64,000 nt of DNA from Azolla caroliniana (taxonomy: Eukaryota; Plantae; Polypodiophyta), in contig JBHGNT010000002.1 in NCBI GenBank assembly GCA_043228905.1, forward strand, positions 17,980,001-18,044,000, written 5' to 3'. Shown in pieces: positions 36,582 through 49,487 of the stretch. The notes under the pieces are model-generated. The model was given only the letters and a program-made list of their open reading frames with translations. It searched no databases and had not been told where the DNA came from. Every line of letters starts with the position of its first letter. The first letter of the stretch is position 1. The translations under genes and the position numbers were made by a program.

Positions 36582-39500
36582 ATGTTTGAAGAATTAAGTT
36601 TTGAAGATACAATAACTCATTTGGAAGCAATGGAAGAAGACAACGAAATCCAAGTTCCTGTCCATTCAATCAAGATGTATGAGGTCATTGAAGAAGTTGC
36701 TCGAAAGGATCATGAAGCACATGTTCTAACAAAGTACAAGACAGTGGAGAAGAAGGTTCGTCCTATTGCTGCTCCACTTCCAGGGGATAGTGAAAAGGCA
36801 ATCAAAGAAGCAGCCACAGAGCCAATGATCAGAGACCCACGAAAGGTAGGACATGTGTTTACTCCGGAAACAATACAAGGGATGAAAATAGGAGGGGATG
36901 ACTTCCTATTACCCGCTGAAGAAAAGCAGTTCAGGGAGATGTTAAAAAGGCATGGAAAGGCGTTCGCATTCCAACCGGAGGAAATAGGGTGTGTGGATCC
37001 AGAAATTGTGGAGCCCATGGTTATATTCACTATCCCTCATATTCCATGGAACTTTAAGCCAATACCCATGCCTAGGGCTAGAATCCCTCAACTATTAGAA
37101 CTTTTGAAAGAAAAGATAAGGATGGGTATCTTGGAACCATCGAATACTCCTTACTCGAGTCGATGGTTCACTGTGTTAAAGAAAGATGGGCGACTCCGAT
37201 TTATCCAAGATATGCAACCCGTGAATAAGGTAACAATCCGAAACTCGGGAGTAGGGCCAATTGTGGATGAGTTTGCTGAGATGTTTGCAGGAAGAGCTAT
37301 ATATTCAATGGGAGACCTTTATTCCAGGTATGATCAATTTCAACTTGCTATCAAAAATCGAGATATAACTTCTATCAAGACACCTATAGGGTTAGTACGG
37401 ATGTGCACCTTGCCGCAAGGAGCGACCAACTCAGTGGCGCATATGATGAATGGAATGAACAAGGTACTTCGTGATTTTATTCCTCATATTACAATGCCTT
37501 TTCTAGATGATGTTCCAATTAAGGGATGCAAGGAGGAAGAGAAGAACGAGGAATTGGACGAAAGTGGTTGCCGTCAATTCGTTGCTGATCATATCAAGGA
37601 TTGTGAGAAGGTGCTATCAAGGATGGAAGAAGTGCATTTGACCTTATCAGGGGCGAAGTCAATATTTGGGGCAAAAGAGATATTAATAGTTGGTCATATG
37701 TGTGGCCCGTATGGGAGAAAGCCATCCCCAACCAAGGTCAATGCAATTCAAAATATGCAAGAGGAATGTACATCCATCTCAGAAGTACGAAGGTTTCTGG
37801 GGGTATGTGTTTTTTACTGTAAATGGATTCCGCATTATGCCCATTTATCTGAACCTTTATATAGACTCCTAAGAAAAGGAGAGACATTTGAATGGAGTGA
37901 AGAGCATTCAGAGGCAATGAAGAAATTGAAGTACTACTTGGCACAAGCTCCACCATTAAAGCAACCAGACTACACCCGGCCCATATATCTCACAGTAGAC
38001 TCTAGTCCCATTGGAATTGGATGGGTGATAAGCCAACAAGATAGGGAAGAAAGGTATCCAGTCCGATTCGGGGCAAAGGTTCTTAGTGGTCGACAAAGAA
38101 AATATGCACAGGTGAAAAGAGAGCTATGGGGGATAGTAACAGCTGTAAAGACAGACAGAGATTACTTAATTGGTGCTGAAGTAATAATAGAAACAGATTG
38201 TTTGCCTATTCTGGGTATCATAGCTAATTGTGATATTCCAGATCAAGCCATGTTAAGATGGTGTATCTATATTAGATCAATCAACCCTGAAGTTCGACAT
38301 ATCTCTGGGAATAGAAATGCAGTAGCAGATATGTTATCAAGAGCAAGGTATGAGGAAGAGGAGATTCCAGACTCGGACGATGAGGACAAAGAACAAACAG
38401 TCCTTACCACAAGCATTACTCGGGAAGGAGGAATGCAGTTTCTAGAAGAGGAGTATGAAGAAGAATTCAAGGAGATAGGAAAATACCTACAAACCCCTGA
38501 CAAGTACAAAGGTCTATCTGGAAAAGAGTTCGCACAGTTTCGCAAGAAAGCCCATAAGTTCTTCCTGCATGAAGGATATCTATGGCTACATCCGAAAACC
38601 AAGACTGGAAACCCGCAAAGAGTAATAGGTTCTGAAGGGCAAAGAAAGGAGATAATCAAAGAGCTGCATGACAAAGAATGGGCTGGTCATCGAGGAGTGT
38701 GGGCCACTTTCAGTAAGATTAAAGAACGATTTTGGTGGCCTCGATACTATGAGCAAATAAAAAAGTATGTGGAAACTTGTCCCACTTGTCAATATTATTC
38801 AAATGTAAAATTTTGTGATGAATTACACCCAACATACTCACCGGGGGTGCATTACAAGTGGATGATAGATTTGGTAACAATGCCACTTGGAGTAGGACAA
38901 AAGAGATACTTGGTTCTTGCTAGAGAAGATTTAACAAATCAAGTGGAAGGTCGTTCATTGAGAACAAAAGGGACATTAGGAGTATGTCAATTCATCTTGG
39001 AGGACATTGTTTGTAGATATGGATGTATCGGGAAGATAGTGGCAGATAGGGGAGAACTCAATTCTGCGGAAGCTCAAGATTTTTTCGACAAAATAGGAAT
39101 TCGGCTTTCTTTGACAACGGCGTACAATCCAGAAGCTAATGGAAAGGTAGAAAGGGGACATGGGCCAATAGTCAAAGCTTTGGCAAAGGCATGTAGAGGA
39201 CGGGTTAGTGATTGGCCAAAAACCTTACCCTATGCACTATGGGCTGATAGGACAACTCACAGCACTGTTACTGGATATATGCCTGCAGAATTAATCACAG
39301 GACAGAAGCCAATAATGCCAATTGAAGAAAAGATAACTACATGGGCTGTGTTGCCTTGGGAATCGGAAATGAGTAGGGAAGATTTACTTGCGGTTCGAAT
39401 ACGACAACTTCAATCAAGGATAGAAGACATAGAAAAAGCAGCTACTAGATTGAAAGAGGCAAGAATCAAGAATAAGGACAGATTTGACAAGATGAAAAGA

Positions 39501-39785
39501 ATACGACCAAGAAAGGTGCAAGAGGGAGATTGGGTATTAGTATATGATAATAGCCTAGATAATCAATATAGTACTATTCGGAAGTTTGCAAAAAGATGGT
39601 TTGGACCTTATGAAGTTAGGAAAATAACAGATAAAGCCACATATTTCCTCAATGAATTAGATGGGACAGAAATTCGTATCCCAATTGCAGGAAAAAGGAT
39701 TAAAATATTTAAAAGGAGGGAGTCATTAGAGCCTGAATTTTATGAAGAAGTAGAAGAACTAAAAATCGGAAGAAGTGTTGGATGA
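36582..39785 (+). CDS. Gypsy Pol (RT-RNase H-integrase), 1067 aa; frame open back to the slippery site at 36369
   Basis: LPQGATNS, FLDD, TVDSS, ETDC, H.G...C..C zinc finger, YNPEANGKVER, GPY. No chromodomain. Confidence 0.95.
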   Translation: MFEELSFEDTITHLEAMEEDNEIQVPVHSIKMYEVIEEVARKDHEAHVLTKYKTVEKKVRPIAAPLPGDSEKAIKEAATEPMIRDPRKVGHVFTPETIQGMKIGGDDFLLPAEEKQFREMLKRHGKAFAFQPEEIGCVDPEIVEPMVIFTIPHIPWNFKPIPMPRARIPQLLELLKEKIRMGILEPSNTPYSSRWFTVLKKDGRLRFIQDMQPVNKVTIRNSGVGPIVDEFAEMFAGRAIYSMGDLYSRYDQFQLAIKNRDITSIKTPIGLVRMCTLPQGATNSVAHMMNGMNKVLRDFIPHITMPFLDDVPIKGCKEEEKNEELDESGCRQFVADHIKDCEKVLSRMEEVHLTLSGAKSIFGAKEILIVGHMCGPYGRKPSPTKVNAIQNMQEECTSISEVRRFLGVCVFYCKWIPHYAHLSEPLYRLLRKGETFEWSEEHSEAMKKLKYYLAQAPPLKQPDYTRPIYLTVDSSPIGIGWVISQQDREERYPVRFGAKVLSGRQRKYAQVKRELWGIVTAVKTDRDYLIGAEVIIETDCLPILGIIANCDIPDQAMLRWCIYIRSINPEVRHISGNRNAVADMLSRARYEEEEIPDSDDEDKEQTVLTTSITREGGMQFLEEEYEEEFKEIGKYLQTPDKYKGLSGKEFAQFRKKAHKFFLHEGYLWLHPKTKTGNPQRVIGSEGQRKEIIKELHDKEWAGHRGVWATFSKIKERFWWPRYYEQIKKYVETCPTCQYYSNVKFCDELHPTYSPGVHYKWMIDLVTMPLGVGQKRYLVLAREDLTNQVEGRSLRTKGTLGVCQFILEDIVCRYGCIGKIVADRGELNSAEAQDFFDKIGIRLSLTTAYNPEANGKVERGHGPIVKALAKACRGRVSDWPKTLPYALWADRTTHSTVTGYMPAELITGQKPIMPIEEKITTWAVLPWESEMSREDLLAVRIRQLQSRIEDIEKAATRLKEARIKNKDRFDKMKRIRPRKVQEGDWVLVYDNSLDNQYSTIRKFAKRWFGPYEVRKITDKATYFLNELDGTEIRIPIAGKRIKIFKRRESLEPEFYEEVEELKIGRSVG

Positions 39786-42700
39786 ACTCTACACAACCAA
39801 TGTGCAAGTTCAGAGGGGGTGGGTGTCGTGAAGAATGTGCTTCACGATATAAAAATGAGCTTAAATGTTGTATTTAATAATATTTGAGAGACTTGAACGC
39901 ACATCCTTACATACAATATACAATGTACATACCACTAGGCTAGGCTATTTATTTGTAAAAGTGTGTAATAAATGTGCTTCATGATATAAGAATGAAGCTA
40001 TATATTGTATTAAGTAAAATTGAGGGACTTGAACCCTCAACCTTGTATACCAAGCACCAAGCATACACCACTAAGCTAGGTTAGTTATTTTAGAATGCAT
40101 TTTCATCATTATACTTATCGCATATCTATTTTCATACATAGCCATCATTCATCACATGCAATGCATGTGCGCCAAATGGCGATCATGCATTACATGTAAC
40201 TCATGCATTGCATGCATGCCATGCTCCCATACATTACCATATGCATGGCAACACTTATATAAAGAGGGGAAAGGGTAAACAAGGGAGGGAATCAAGAGAG
40301 AGTGAGAAAATAATACAATCAATTAAAGAAGACTAGCTCATTGGGTGGAGAACCTCTCGTTTCGAAGTTGAGGTCGTGGGTTCAAATCAAGGGTCGATAG
40401 ATAATGTGTTCAGTTTGCGGTCAAGGATTGTAAAGTTGGTAAAATATTATATTTTTAATATACATCATGTTTATATCATATACTCTTGTTCCTTGAATCA
40501 TACTTTGTCTCAATCTTCTTTCTAGAATCATACTTTGTCTCGATCTTCTTTCTTGAATCATACATTGTCTCTATCTTTTATCTATGCTTGTCTCTCTCTC
40601 TCTCTCACACACACACATTACTCGTAACTCTTCTTCTTACTATCCTTAACCATTCTATCATCACCATACAAGCCTTATTAAAAGTTAAGTTCCTTCAACT
40701 CCCCTTAACCTTAGTCCCCGCGACTTCGCCGCACGAACCACAACTACCCCGACACCGTAGAGGAAGACGAGATGGTACAGGTCTATCTTGGGGGCCTGGT
40801 GTCTAAGTTCAGAGCGTTTCGAACGGCGGTGTGTACAAGGGAGAATATGCCGTCATTTTTCGACTTACAGTCAATGCTCCTTGTAGAGGAGAACCACGCC
40901 GGTGAGTCAACTAGCGCACCCACTGACAGCTAGATGCTGTACACGGAGGCGGATCGGTCCCGTGGGCGTGGTGGACGAGGCGGGTCGGCACGCAATGGAG
41001 GCGGCCGGCAAGAGCAAGAACGAAGGCACAGAGAACGTGTCGACAACAGTTCCGGGACTTCCACAGGCAGGGGGAGTCAAGGCGGTGTTGGAGGCCGGCA
41101 AGACAAATCCGCAACGGAATGCTTGTATTGTGGCAAGAAGGGCCACAGAGAAAGCGAGTGCTAGAGAAAGCGCACCGATTCAGACAAATCTGGATCCGGC
41201 AAGGCCAGCAAGGATGGCTGGCAAAGCTCGCACTACGCTAAGGGATCGGGAGGATCCAAGAACGGTAACGGGCCAGCCTTGGTGATGAAGCATGAGGCGA
41301 ACTCGATGAAGAAGACCACTTCCAAATCGGAGGAAGTGTGGTATGTTGATTCTGGTGCGTCAAACCACATGACGAGCCACAAAGAGTGGTTCTCCTTCTT
41401 GGAGAAACCGGATCAACCAGGAGTAGTCGAAACCGGAGACGATACTCCTCACCCAATCGTGCACGTCAGAGAAGTCCCTTTGAGCCACATCGGACAGAAG
41501 GGGAAGCTGATGAACGTACTACACGTTCCGACAATCACGAAGAACCTGGTGTTGGTCGGACAGATCGTCAACCAAGGGATGCAGGTGTGGTTTACGCACC
41601 TCGGGTGCTTCATCGAGGAAGAGGGCTAGATTATTGTGCAAGGGCGCAGAGACGGGAGGATGTTTATCCTCGACTCCAACGACGTTGGCACCGCTATGTT
41701 TGCAAAAGGACAGAAGGTCGAATCAGACATCGACCTATGGCACAAGCGGATAGGCCACGTCAATTACTGAAGGATTCAAGACCTGCAAACGAAAAAAGTT
41801 GTTTTTGGTTTGCCGAAGTTCAGCGGCCAAAAGGCCCAAGTATGTGAAGCCTGCCAACTCGGGAAGCAACACCGGCTTCCATCCCCCACAGAATGGAACC
41901 GGAGCCGTAACAAGATTGACCTTATCCATTCGGATGTGTGGGGACCGGCACAAAATGTTAGTATTGGCGGGAGTCGATATTTCGTCTCCTTCATCGACGA
42001 CTATACGCGACACACATGGATCTACCTCATTGAGCGGAAGAGCGAAGTCTTCGAGTGTTTTCGGAGTCTCCAAAGCATGGTGGAACGGGAATCGGAGAGG
42101 AAGATCAAATGCCTACAGTCGGACGGCGGGAAGGAATACTTTTCCGGCCAATTCAACAGTTATCTGCAACAAACGGGAAATCTGCGAGAGTTTAGCTGTA
42201 GATACACACCACAACAGAATGGTGTTGCCGAGAGGAAGAACCGGTCGCTTATCGATGTGGCAAGGGCAATGCTGGAGGAAAAGAGCATGCCCAAATTCTA
42301 CTGGGCGGAGGCAGCCCGAATGGCTATCTACATCTAGAACCGGATCGGTGACAAGGTGTCAGCTCACGAGCTGTATTTCGGGCGGAAGTTGAATTTGAGA
42401 CACCTTAAGATCTTCGGTAGCATTGCATATGTGTATGTACCGGATGAGAAGCGGAGGAAGCTGGATGCAAAATCGGAAAAATGCATCCTATTCGGCTATG
42501 CTCAAGAGCAAACAGGTTATAAGTGTTATAACCCCCGGACAAGGCAGGTCCGAGTTAGTCGAGATGTCAAGTTTGATGAATCGGCATCGTGGTACTCCTT
42601 ACCGACTCTGACTTTTGAGTCTGACCTGTTGCCGGAGGATGAGGCTAGTGAGCCCGAAGCGGCCCAGGTAGAGGATGATGAAGCGTGGACTCAGGATGAG

Positions 42701-45510
42701 AGTCCGGAATCGTTCTGGTTGAGCGGGCCGAACAAGCGACTGAGTCAATTTGACCAGTCCGATGAGGAATCGGCGAGTAGTAGAGACTCGACCGTGCACT
42801 CCCCGCACAAGGAACTGAGGCGACGGTTCACGCGCAAAGAGAAGGGGAAGAAGAAGATGCTGGATTCGAAACCAACAATGATGAGTCGGATCGGTGTGCA
42901 TCTGACTCCGGCAAGGACAAAGGCCGATCTTCAGCAACGAAGACCGAACCGGCCAAGAAGGGCCTTCAATCGGGTAACAGTGGGTTACGTCGGTCCACCC
43001 GCCAGAAGGATCCCGTCAAGCGGTACGGGTACAATGAGTACATGGCGCATCACTATGCATACATGACTAAGGTGGCGGAAGTGCATGAGCCAAAGAACTA
43101 CGCAGAAGCGGCCAAGGACACTAATTGGCGTGCCGCTATGGAGGAAGAAATGCGGGCATTTGATGTCAACCAGACATGGGATCTGGTTGACCCTCCTTGT
43201 CACTGTAAACCGATCGGATGCAAGTGGATATACAAGGTAAAGTAAAACGCCGATGGTTCTATTAACCAGTATAAATCCCGGTTAGTGGTGAAGGGATACG
43301 CGCAGACCCACGGAATCGACTACGACGAGACCTTCGCTCCGGTAGCGAAGATGACGACGGTTCGTGTGGTGCTAGCGGTTGCTGCAACAAGGGGGTGGCA
43401 TCTTCACCAAATGGATGTGAAGAATGCGTTTCTTCAGGATGATCTTGCAGAAGAAGTCTTTATGACTCAACCCCCCGGCTTTCAATCAAAGATGAACAAG
43501 TCGGCGGTATGCCGGCTGAAGAAGTTGTTGTATGGCTTGAAGCAAGCCCCTCGAGCTTGGAATGCGAAGATCACGCACCGGTTGCGTAAGATGGGGTTTG
43601 TGGCCTCCAAATCGGACTCTTCGTTGTTCATCCGGCAAGGCTCAGCTGGCTCGGTATGTATATTGCTGTATGTTGATGATCTAGTCATCACAGGACCGGG
43701 TGTTCTAGAAATCAACCGTGTCAAGTCCCTGTTAGACGCATTTGAGATGAAGGACCTAGGGGACCTTCATTATTTTCTTGGGATCAAGGTGATCCGAACC
43801 CCCGACGGCATATTACTCTCACAACGACATTACGTCTTGAATATGCTGTACATGTTCTGTTACGAGCATGACCATTTAATATCCCGTGGTGAGAATTTAC
43901 CGTAGTATCCTATACACGTGGATAAGTGTGAGGGTTACACGAGAGTGTAAAGAAGGGGAGGATTACTTTTAAATCCTCAGGATTGAGACAACCCATTAGG
44001 CCAAGTGTGAACTTGCCTGGGGGCCTTGGGTATCGCTATAAATAAGAGGCCTAGCTACCCTCATTTGATCATCTTTTGATTACATCGAGTCTCTGCTCTT
44101 GTGGTGGGTCAACTCTTGTAGCGAGCGCGCCAACACCAGGTACGACTCGATGCCACGACAGTGGTATGTGACGCCAATCGAGGCTCGAGTCCGTCTCGAT
44201 CCCTTCGCTCGGGGGTGGTTGGGTGGATCAACACCCTTCTTTCTCTTTCTCGTTTCTATCTATCATTTGTTTATCCTTATCTTAAGCTTACTTTAGTACC
44301 TAGATCTCTAATATTTGGTATCAGATTTATGTACTAATGTTTCTTTGTTTTTCTTTTGTCTTTTGATTGATGGTGATCGATCGATGTGCGGTCGGCCTTG
44401 ATCCAGACAACGATCAACAAAGAACTTCAATAACTCTTTCCGTAATAATTTTTTTTTCTTTCTATTCTCTCTTCTCCCATCTAATCATGTGTTTAGTTTA
44501 TATGTCATTTTTTTTCATTAAGTCAATGATGTTGTAGTGGTCTTTAATTGATTATCTAAAACGTTTACATATGTGCACGAGGTCAATACCTCGTTTGACA
44601 TATAAATAATATGTGATGAGTGCCGTATGAGTACGAGGTTAATATCTCAATTACGTATTACGTTCACGAACATATGTTACGTTCACGCATGAGTTTAATA
44701 CCTTGATTTGTTGTAAAGGATATGCGTTTGGTCTCGTATACGTAAGAGGTCAATACCTCAATTGCGTATTACGATGATCTCTTATTTGTGGATGTTTCGT
44801 GTGCGTAGAGGTATATACCTCGATTACGTATCTCGATCACATCAATTGTGGCTATTTAATATAACGATATGTTTAATATAGGCATATGTGGTCATGTATA
44901 TACGTATTTGATTGTATATATGTGATAAGTAAACATATGTGTATATTCGTTATTACGTGATTATATCAAAAGTTGTCCTTGTCGGGAAAAGGATGTTGGT
45001 GGCCATCCTCACATTTTTGTGAGAATGGCGTTGTCACCATCCCTTTTTCAACAATTTTTTATTGTTGACAACCCCGTTGATGACCTCGATTTCGTTACGT
45101 AAAGAAACACCAATAGCCATAATGATGTTGAGTACGTAGGGTTTGACCCACTTCAAGTGAGGTCGCTCCAATGACACATGTATCCAACATCCCTCCCTCG
45201 TTACATGGATTCGATGCCACCATGAGCTCGTTCTTACAAGAGGCATTCGTAATTACGTGACCATGTGATGGGCCACGTGGGCCTACTACAAAATGAGGGC
45301 TCATTTGGCTTGACCATTAGGTTGCACTTTGGCGTATGCCATCGTAATTACGAGACTTGAGGTTAGGTAACGTACCAACATAGGTTTGGTAAATGAGGGC
45401 GAAATAAGGACCCTTGACATATATGTTCTTTTAAAAAAAACATATATGATCAAATGCCTCCAATATCTCTTATACGCACCAAACATTAAGCATTTGACAA
45501 GAGCAACTTA

Positions 45511-45576
45511 CTTGGTTGGCTCAAGTGTTTAATGTATTTGTTCTCGAGGTCTCGAGTTCAAATATGACCAAGACCA
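45511..45576 (+). ncRNA. Shortened tRNA-like sequence in the chromovirus leader (second copy at about 59358-59423)
   Basis: CTTGGT...ACCAAG-ACCA acceptor-like ends, TGGCTCAAGTG A box, AGGTC loop, GAGTTCAAAT B box, spacing only about 39 nt. Confidence 0.45.
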
Positions 45577-47459
45577 TACAACATCCTTGATACATATGAC
45601 TATAACACATGTTTAGACTTAGGGTCTAAGTGCACCTCGGGGTCCTCGTAATAGGACTTAAAGAGCCGAAACCACATATGTGGGCACCGAAACATAGTTT
45701 ATTGTGAACATTTTTTTCGTGTATAAAATATTCATGATGCGAACATACATGGTTGAGCCTCGGTGAGCCACCATGAAAAAATCGATATAGAGATAAGGGA
45801 AAGACATTTATTTGTCACCCCCATGGTTTTTAAAACACCTTTGTGTTACCATAGTAACCTGATCTTGAACCTCATCTCATACGTCTAGAGGGGTATTGAC
45901 GTGAGATCATGATATCGATTAATGTTTGCCCATGATATGTTTACATCACGACATGATGTTATGACTATCTCTCTGACCTTATCCTATTTCTTTTCCAGAA
46001 ATAATCTTTAATGGCTCAAATTAATGACCCGATGTCATCCGCTCAAGCAGAAGGAACTCAAGGGAATCCTCCTGGACAAATGTCCACTGAGATGTATTTG
46101 GCACAAATAACCCAATACCTTAGTTTCACCGCTCAACAGATGACCGAACTTCGGCATGATCGTTTGGTTCAAATATGGGGAATCCAACCCACCGTAAGTG
46201 ATCACACCTACACGATGCACTTGGCTGATGGAAGAGTACAATACATCAACGGGGCGATTCATTCATTAGGAATTTCTATTGATACTTATATAGAGGAAGT
46301 AGACTTCCATGTAATGAATCTATGTACCACCGATGTAATATTGGGTTATCCCTGGTTTTATAATAAAAACTCTTCTTTATCTATTGATTGGGTTCATCAT
46401 TCAATTACATTTGTACTGAACGACTGTACTCATTTTATTCAATGTGTAAAAAAACAATCCCTCTCGATTGTTTCCTCGTGTCCATCAATATCTGAGTTGT
46501 CTTGTTCTACTCTATTCTATTGTGTACTTGATCTGGACATTCACGTTTATAATATCGATAAGGTCTCGGTTCAATTAACATATTTTGAACAACAACAACT
46601 TGACGAAATCTTAAATGATTTTCGTGATGTTTTTCCGAGTGAACTACCAGATGGCTTACCTCCTAAATGTAATATAGACCATCGTATAGATATTGTACCT
46701 GGTGTTGCACCAATAAGTATAACTCCTTATCGCTTAAGTCGATCCGAAGAGGATGAGGTATCTAAGCAACTCAAGGACTATTTACGAATGGGTTATATAC
46801 GTTATAGTAAATCTCCATGGGGTGCACCAGTTCTCTTAGTTAAAAAGAAAGAGGGCACATGGCGTATGTGTATTAATTACCGACGCTTGAATAAAGTGAC
46901 GATCAAGAATTCGTACCCATTGCCCCGGGCTGACGATCTAATTGACCGTCTCCAGGGAGCTCGGTATTTTAAGTAACTTGATCTCCGTACTGGCTACCAT
47001 CAAATAAGAATAAGAGAGGACGATGTTCCTAAAACGGCATTTCGTACGCGCTATGGCCATTACGAGTTTTTGGGTATGCCTTTTGGTTTGACCAATGCTC
47101 CGGCTACTTTTCAACAAGAAATGAATGACATTTTCCGAGAACAACTTGGAAAATTTGTCGTTATTTTCTTGGATGATATTTTAGTTTATAGTTGTACATT
47201 AAAAGAACATGGTACACATGTCCGCTTTGTTTTACAAATATTGCGTGACAAACAGTTTTATGCGAAGATCTCAAAATGTGAGTTCTTCAAGAAATCAATT
47301 ACTTATCTAGGACATCTCATAACCGAATGAGGAGTTGAAATTGATCCTTCTCACATTGAGAAATTCAAGCTTTGGCCCACTCTTCGGAATATTCGAGAAG
47401 TTCGATCATTCCTTGGTTTTGTCGGGTTTTTGTGAAAGTCTCTTTGTACTTACTCCCAA

Positions 47460-49487
47460 TTGACGACGCCGTTTACTGATCGTTTAAAAGGTCAAACGCG
47501 TAAGTCTACAAAACCTATTGTGTGGAATGCTACACTAGACCTCGCCTTTAAGGAACTCAAGGACCTGGTTTGCAAGGCTCCTTCACTTCTTTTACCTGAT
47601 CCTTCAAAACCTTTTGAAGTTGAAACCGATGCAAGCGATTATGCTATAGGTGCTGTCTTGTATCAAGATGGTAAACCAATAGCATTCGAGAGTAAGAAAC
47701 TTGATTTTGCTCAATGTCGGTATACCATTCAAGAAAAGGAATTATTTGCAGTTATACATACGCTCAAAACATGGCGCCATTATCTTTATGGAAATCGCTT
47801 TGTGGTAACTACGGACCACGAGTCCTTGAAATATTTTTGTGACCAACAAGACCTGAAAGGTCATAAGGCACAATGGGCTGATCTCATCCAGGACTTTGAT
47901 TTCTCCATACGATATCGTAAAGGTTCCATGAACACTGTCGCTGATGCACTAAGTCGCATCCGTGAAGTTAACATACTTAGCTTCACTGAAATAACATCAG
48001 ATCTTTATGATCACCTTCGAGGAAAGTATCCTGATGACAGTTATTTTGCAAAATACTGGGAAAGAGTTGAGTCTGGAACAAACACCATCACATCCTTGAA
48101 GGAATACTTCCACATTGCTAATGGTTTGCTCTACCGTAATGGGAAGGTTTGTGTTCTAGATTTACCCGAGGTCAAGAAGAGGATTCTTTTTGAATGCCAT
48201 GATGCACCCTCAGCAGGGCACCCTGGAATACATCGTACACTCGTTCTCATCTCCACTCAATTTTATTGGCCTAAGATGCGTCCTGACATACATAGCTATG
48301 TGACTAAATGTCACCAGTGTCAGGTTAATAAAGCCGAGCGACTTAAAGCCGCAAGACTTTTACATCCCGTGGACATTCCCAATAATAAGTGGGAAAGTAT
48401 ATCCATGGATTTTATTGTTAGCCTTCCTCGCACCCAAAAAGGTCATGATGCCATCTGGGTTGTGGTTGATCGACTAACTAAAATGGCCAGATTTATTGCT
48501 ACTAAAACCATGGTAACAGCTCCTGAATTGGCTTACCAATTCGTTGACGAATTGTTTCGTTTTTATGGGTTACCGATGGATATCGTGAGTGATCGAGATC
48601 CAAAGTTTACTAGTGACTTCTGGACGCAAGTCTTTAAGAAGTTAGAAACTACGTTGAGCATGAGCTCCATGGATCATCCTCAATCCGATGGACAGACAGA
48701 ACGAGTAAATCAAATTATTGAGGACATGCTTCGAGCCTACGTTGGTGCAAAACCAACAAAATGGGAACGTTATCTCCCAATTTTGGAGTTTGCTTATAAC
48801 AGCTCCAAGCATACGTCGACGGGATATAGTCCTTTTATGTTGATGTATGGTTTTCAGCGACGAGCCCCGATTGATGTTAATATACATCATGATGAGTTGC
48901 GAAGTACGCAAAACTTTCTTCGGGATATGCAAGATATGTTGCATATTGCACGAGATAATATAAAAACAGCTGAAGATAGAGCACGTTTTTATGCCGATCA
49001 TCATAGGCAACCTCGTGTATTCAACCCTGGACAGAAGGTATTTTTACGTGTACCTCACAATTCTAAAACATTGTCTACGGGTAAGTGCGCTAAGTTAGCC
49101 CCACGGTTTTGTGGACCCTTTACAATCCTCAAACGCATTGGGTCATCTGCCTATCGTCTCGGTCTTCCTGATGGTGTCGGAATTCATCCAGTCTTTCATG
49201 TGAGTCATCTAAAAGAACTTCTGGGTTCTGGCGACGATACATTTACAACTGAAACTCTAGTTACTTCTGAAGAATTATCTTCTAAAGCACATGTACCAGA
49301 AAGAATCCTCGATGTTAAAACAAAAAAATTACGTACTAAAGAAATCCGAGAATTTAAAATAAAATGGATCGATAAATCAATAAAAGATGCCACATGGGAA
49401 CGTGAAAATACTCTCAGAATTAACTTCCCTAACTTTCCATTGCAAGAGTGCAATGTTTTAAAGAGGGGGAGTATGTTACGGGCATGA
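47460..49487 (+). CDS. Chromovirus RNase H-integrase-chromodomain ORF fragment
   Basis: 675-aa ORF carrying the motifs listed above. The upstream PR/RT (46011-47330) is interrupted by stops. Confidence 0.9.
   Translation: MTTPFTDRLKGQTRKSTKPIVWNATLDLAFKELKDLVCKAPSLLLPDPSKPFEVETDASDYAIGAVLYQDGKPIAFESKKLDFAQCRYTIQEKELFAVIHTLKTWRHYLYGNRFVVTTDHESLKYFCDQQDLKGHKAQWADLIQDFDFSIRYRKGSMNTVADALSRIREVNILSFTEITSDLYDHLRGKYPDDSYFAKYWERVESGTNTITSLKEYFHIANGLLYRNGKVCVLDLPEVKKRILFECHDAPSAGHPGIHRTLVLISTQFYWPKMRPDIHSYVTKCHQCQVNKAERLKAARLLHPVDIPNNKWESISMDFIVSLPRTQKGHDAIWVVVDRLTKMARFIATKTMVTAPELAYQFVDELFRFYGLPMDIVSDRDPKFTSDFWTQVFKKLETTLSMSSMDHPQSDGQTERVNQIIEDMLRAYVGAKPTKWERYLPILEFAYNSSKHTSTGYSPFMLMYGFQRRAPIDVNIHHDELRSTQNFLRDMQDMLHIARDNIKTAEDRARFYADHHRQPRVFNPGQKVFLRVPHNSKTLSTGKCAKLAPRFCGPFTILKRIGSSAYRLGLPDGVGIHPVFHVSHLKELLGSGDDTFTTETLVTSEELSSKAHVPERILDVKTKKLRTKEIREFKIKWIDKSIKDATWERENTLRINFPNFPLQECNVLKRGSMLRA

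Larger units (their letters stand above)
34378..40754 (+). mobile_element. Young non-chromovirus Ty3/Gypsy element: 931-bp LTRs (34378-35308, 39824-40754), 4-bp TSD CCGT, tRNA-Trp PBS, gag internally deleted
   Basis: LTRs are almost identical with TG...CA ends and CCGT on both sides. PPT AGAGGGGGTGGG. Intact RT-RH-INT ORF. Confidence 0.96.
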
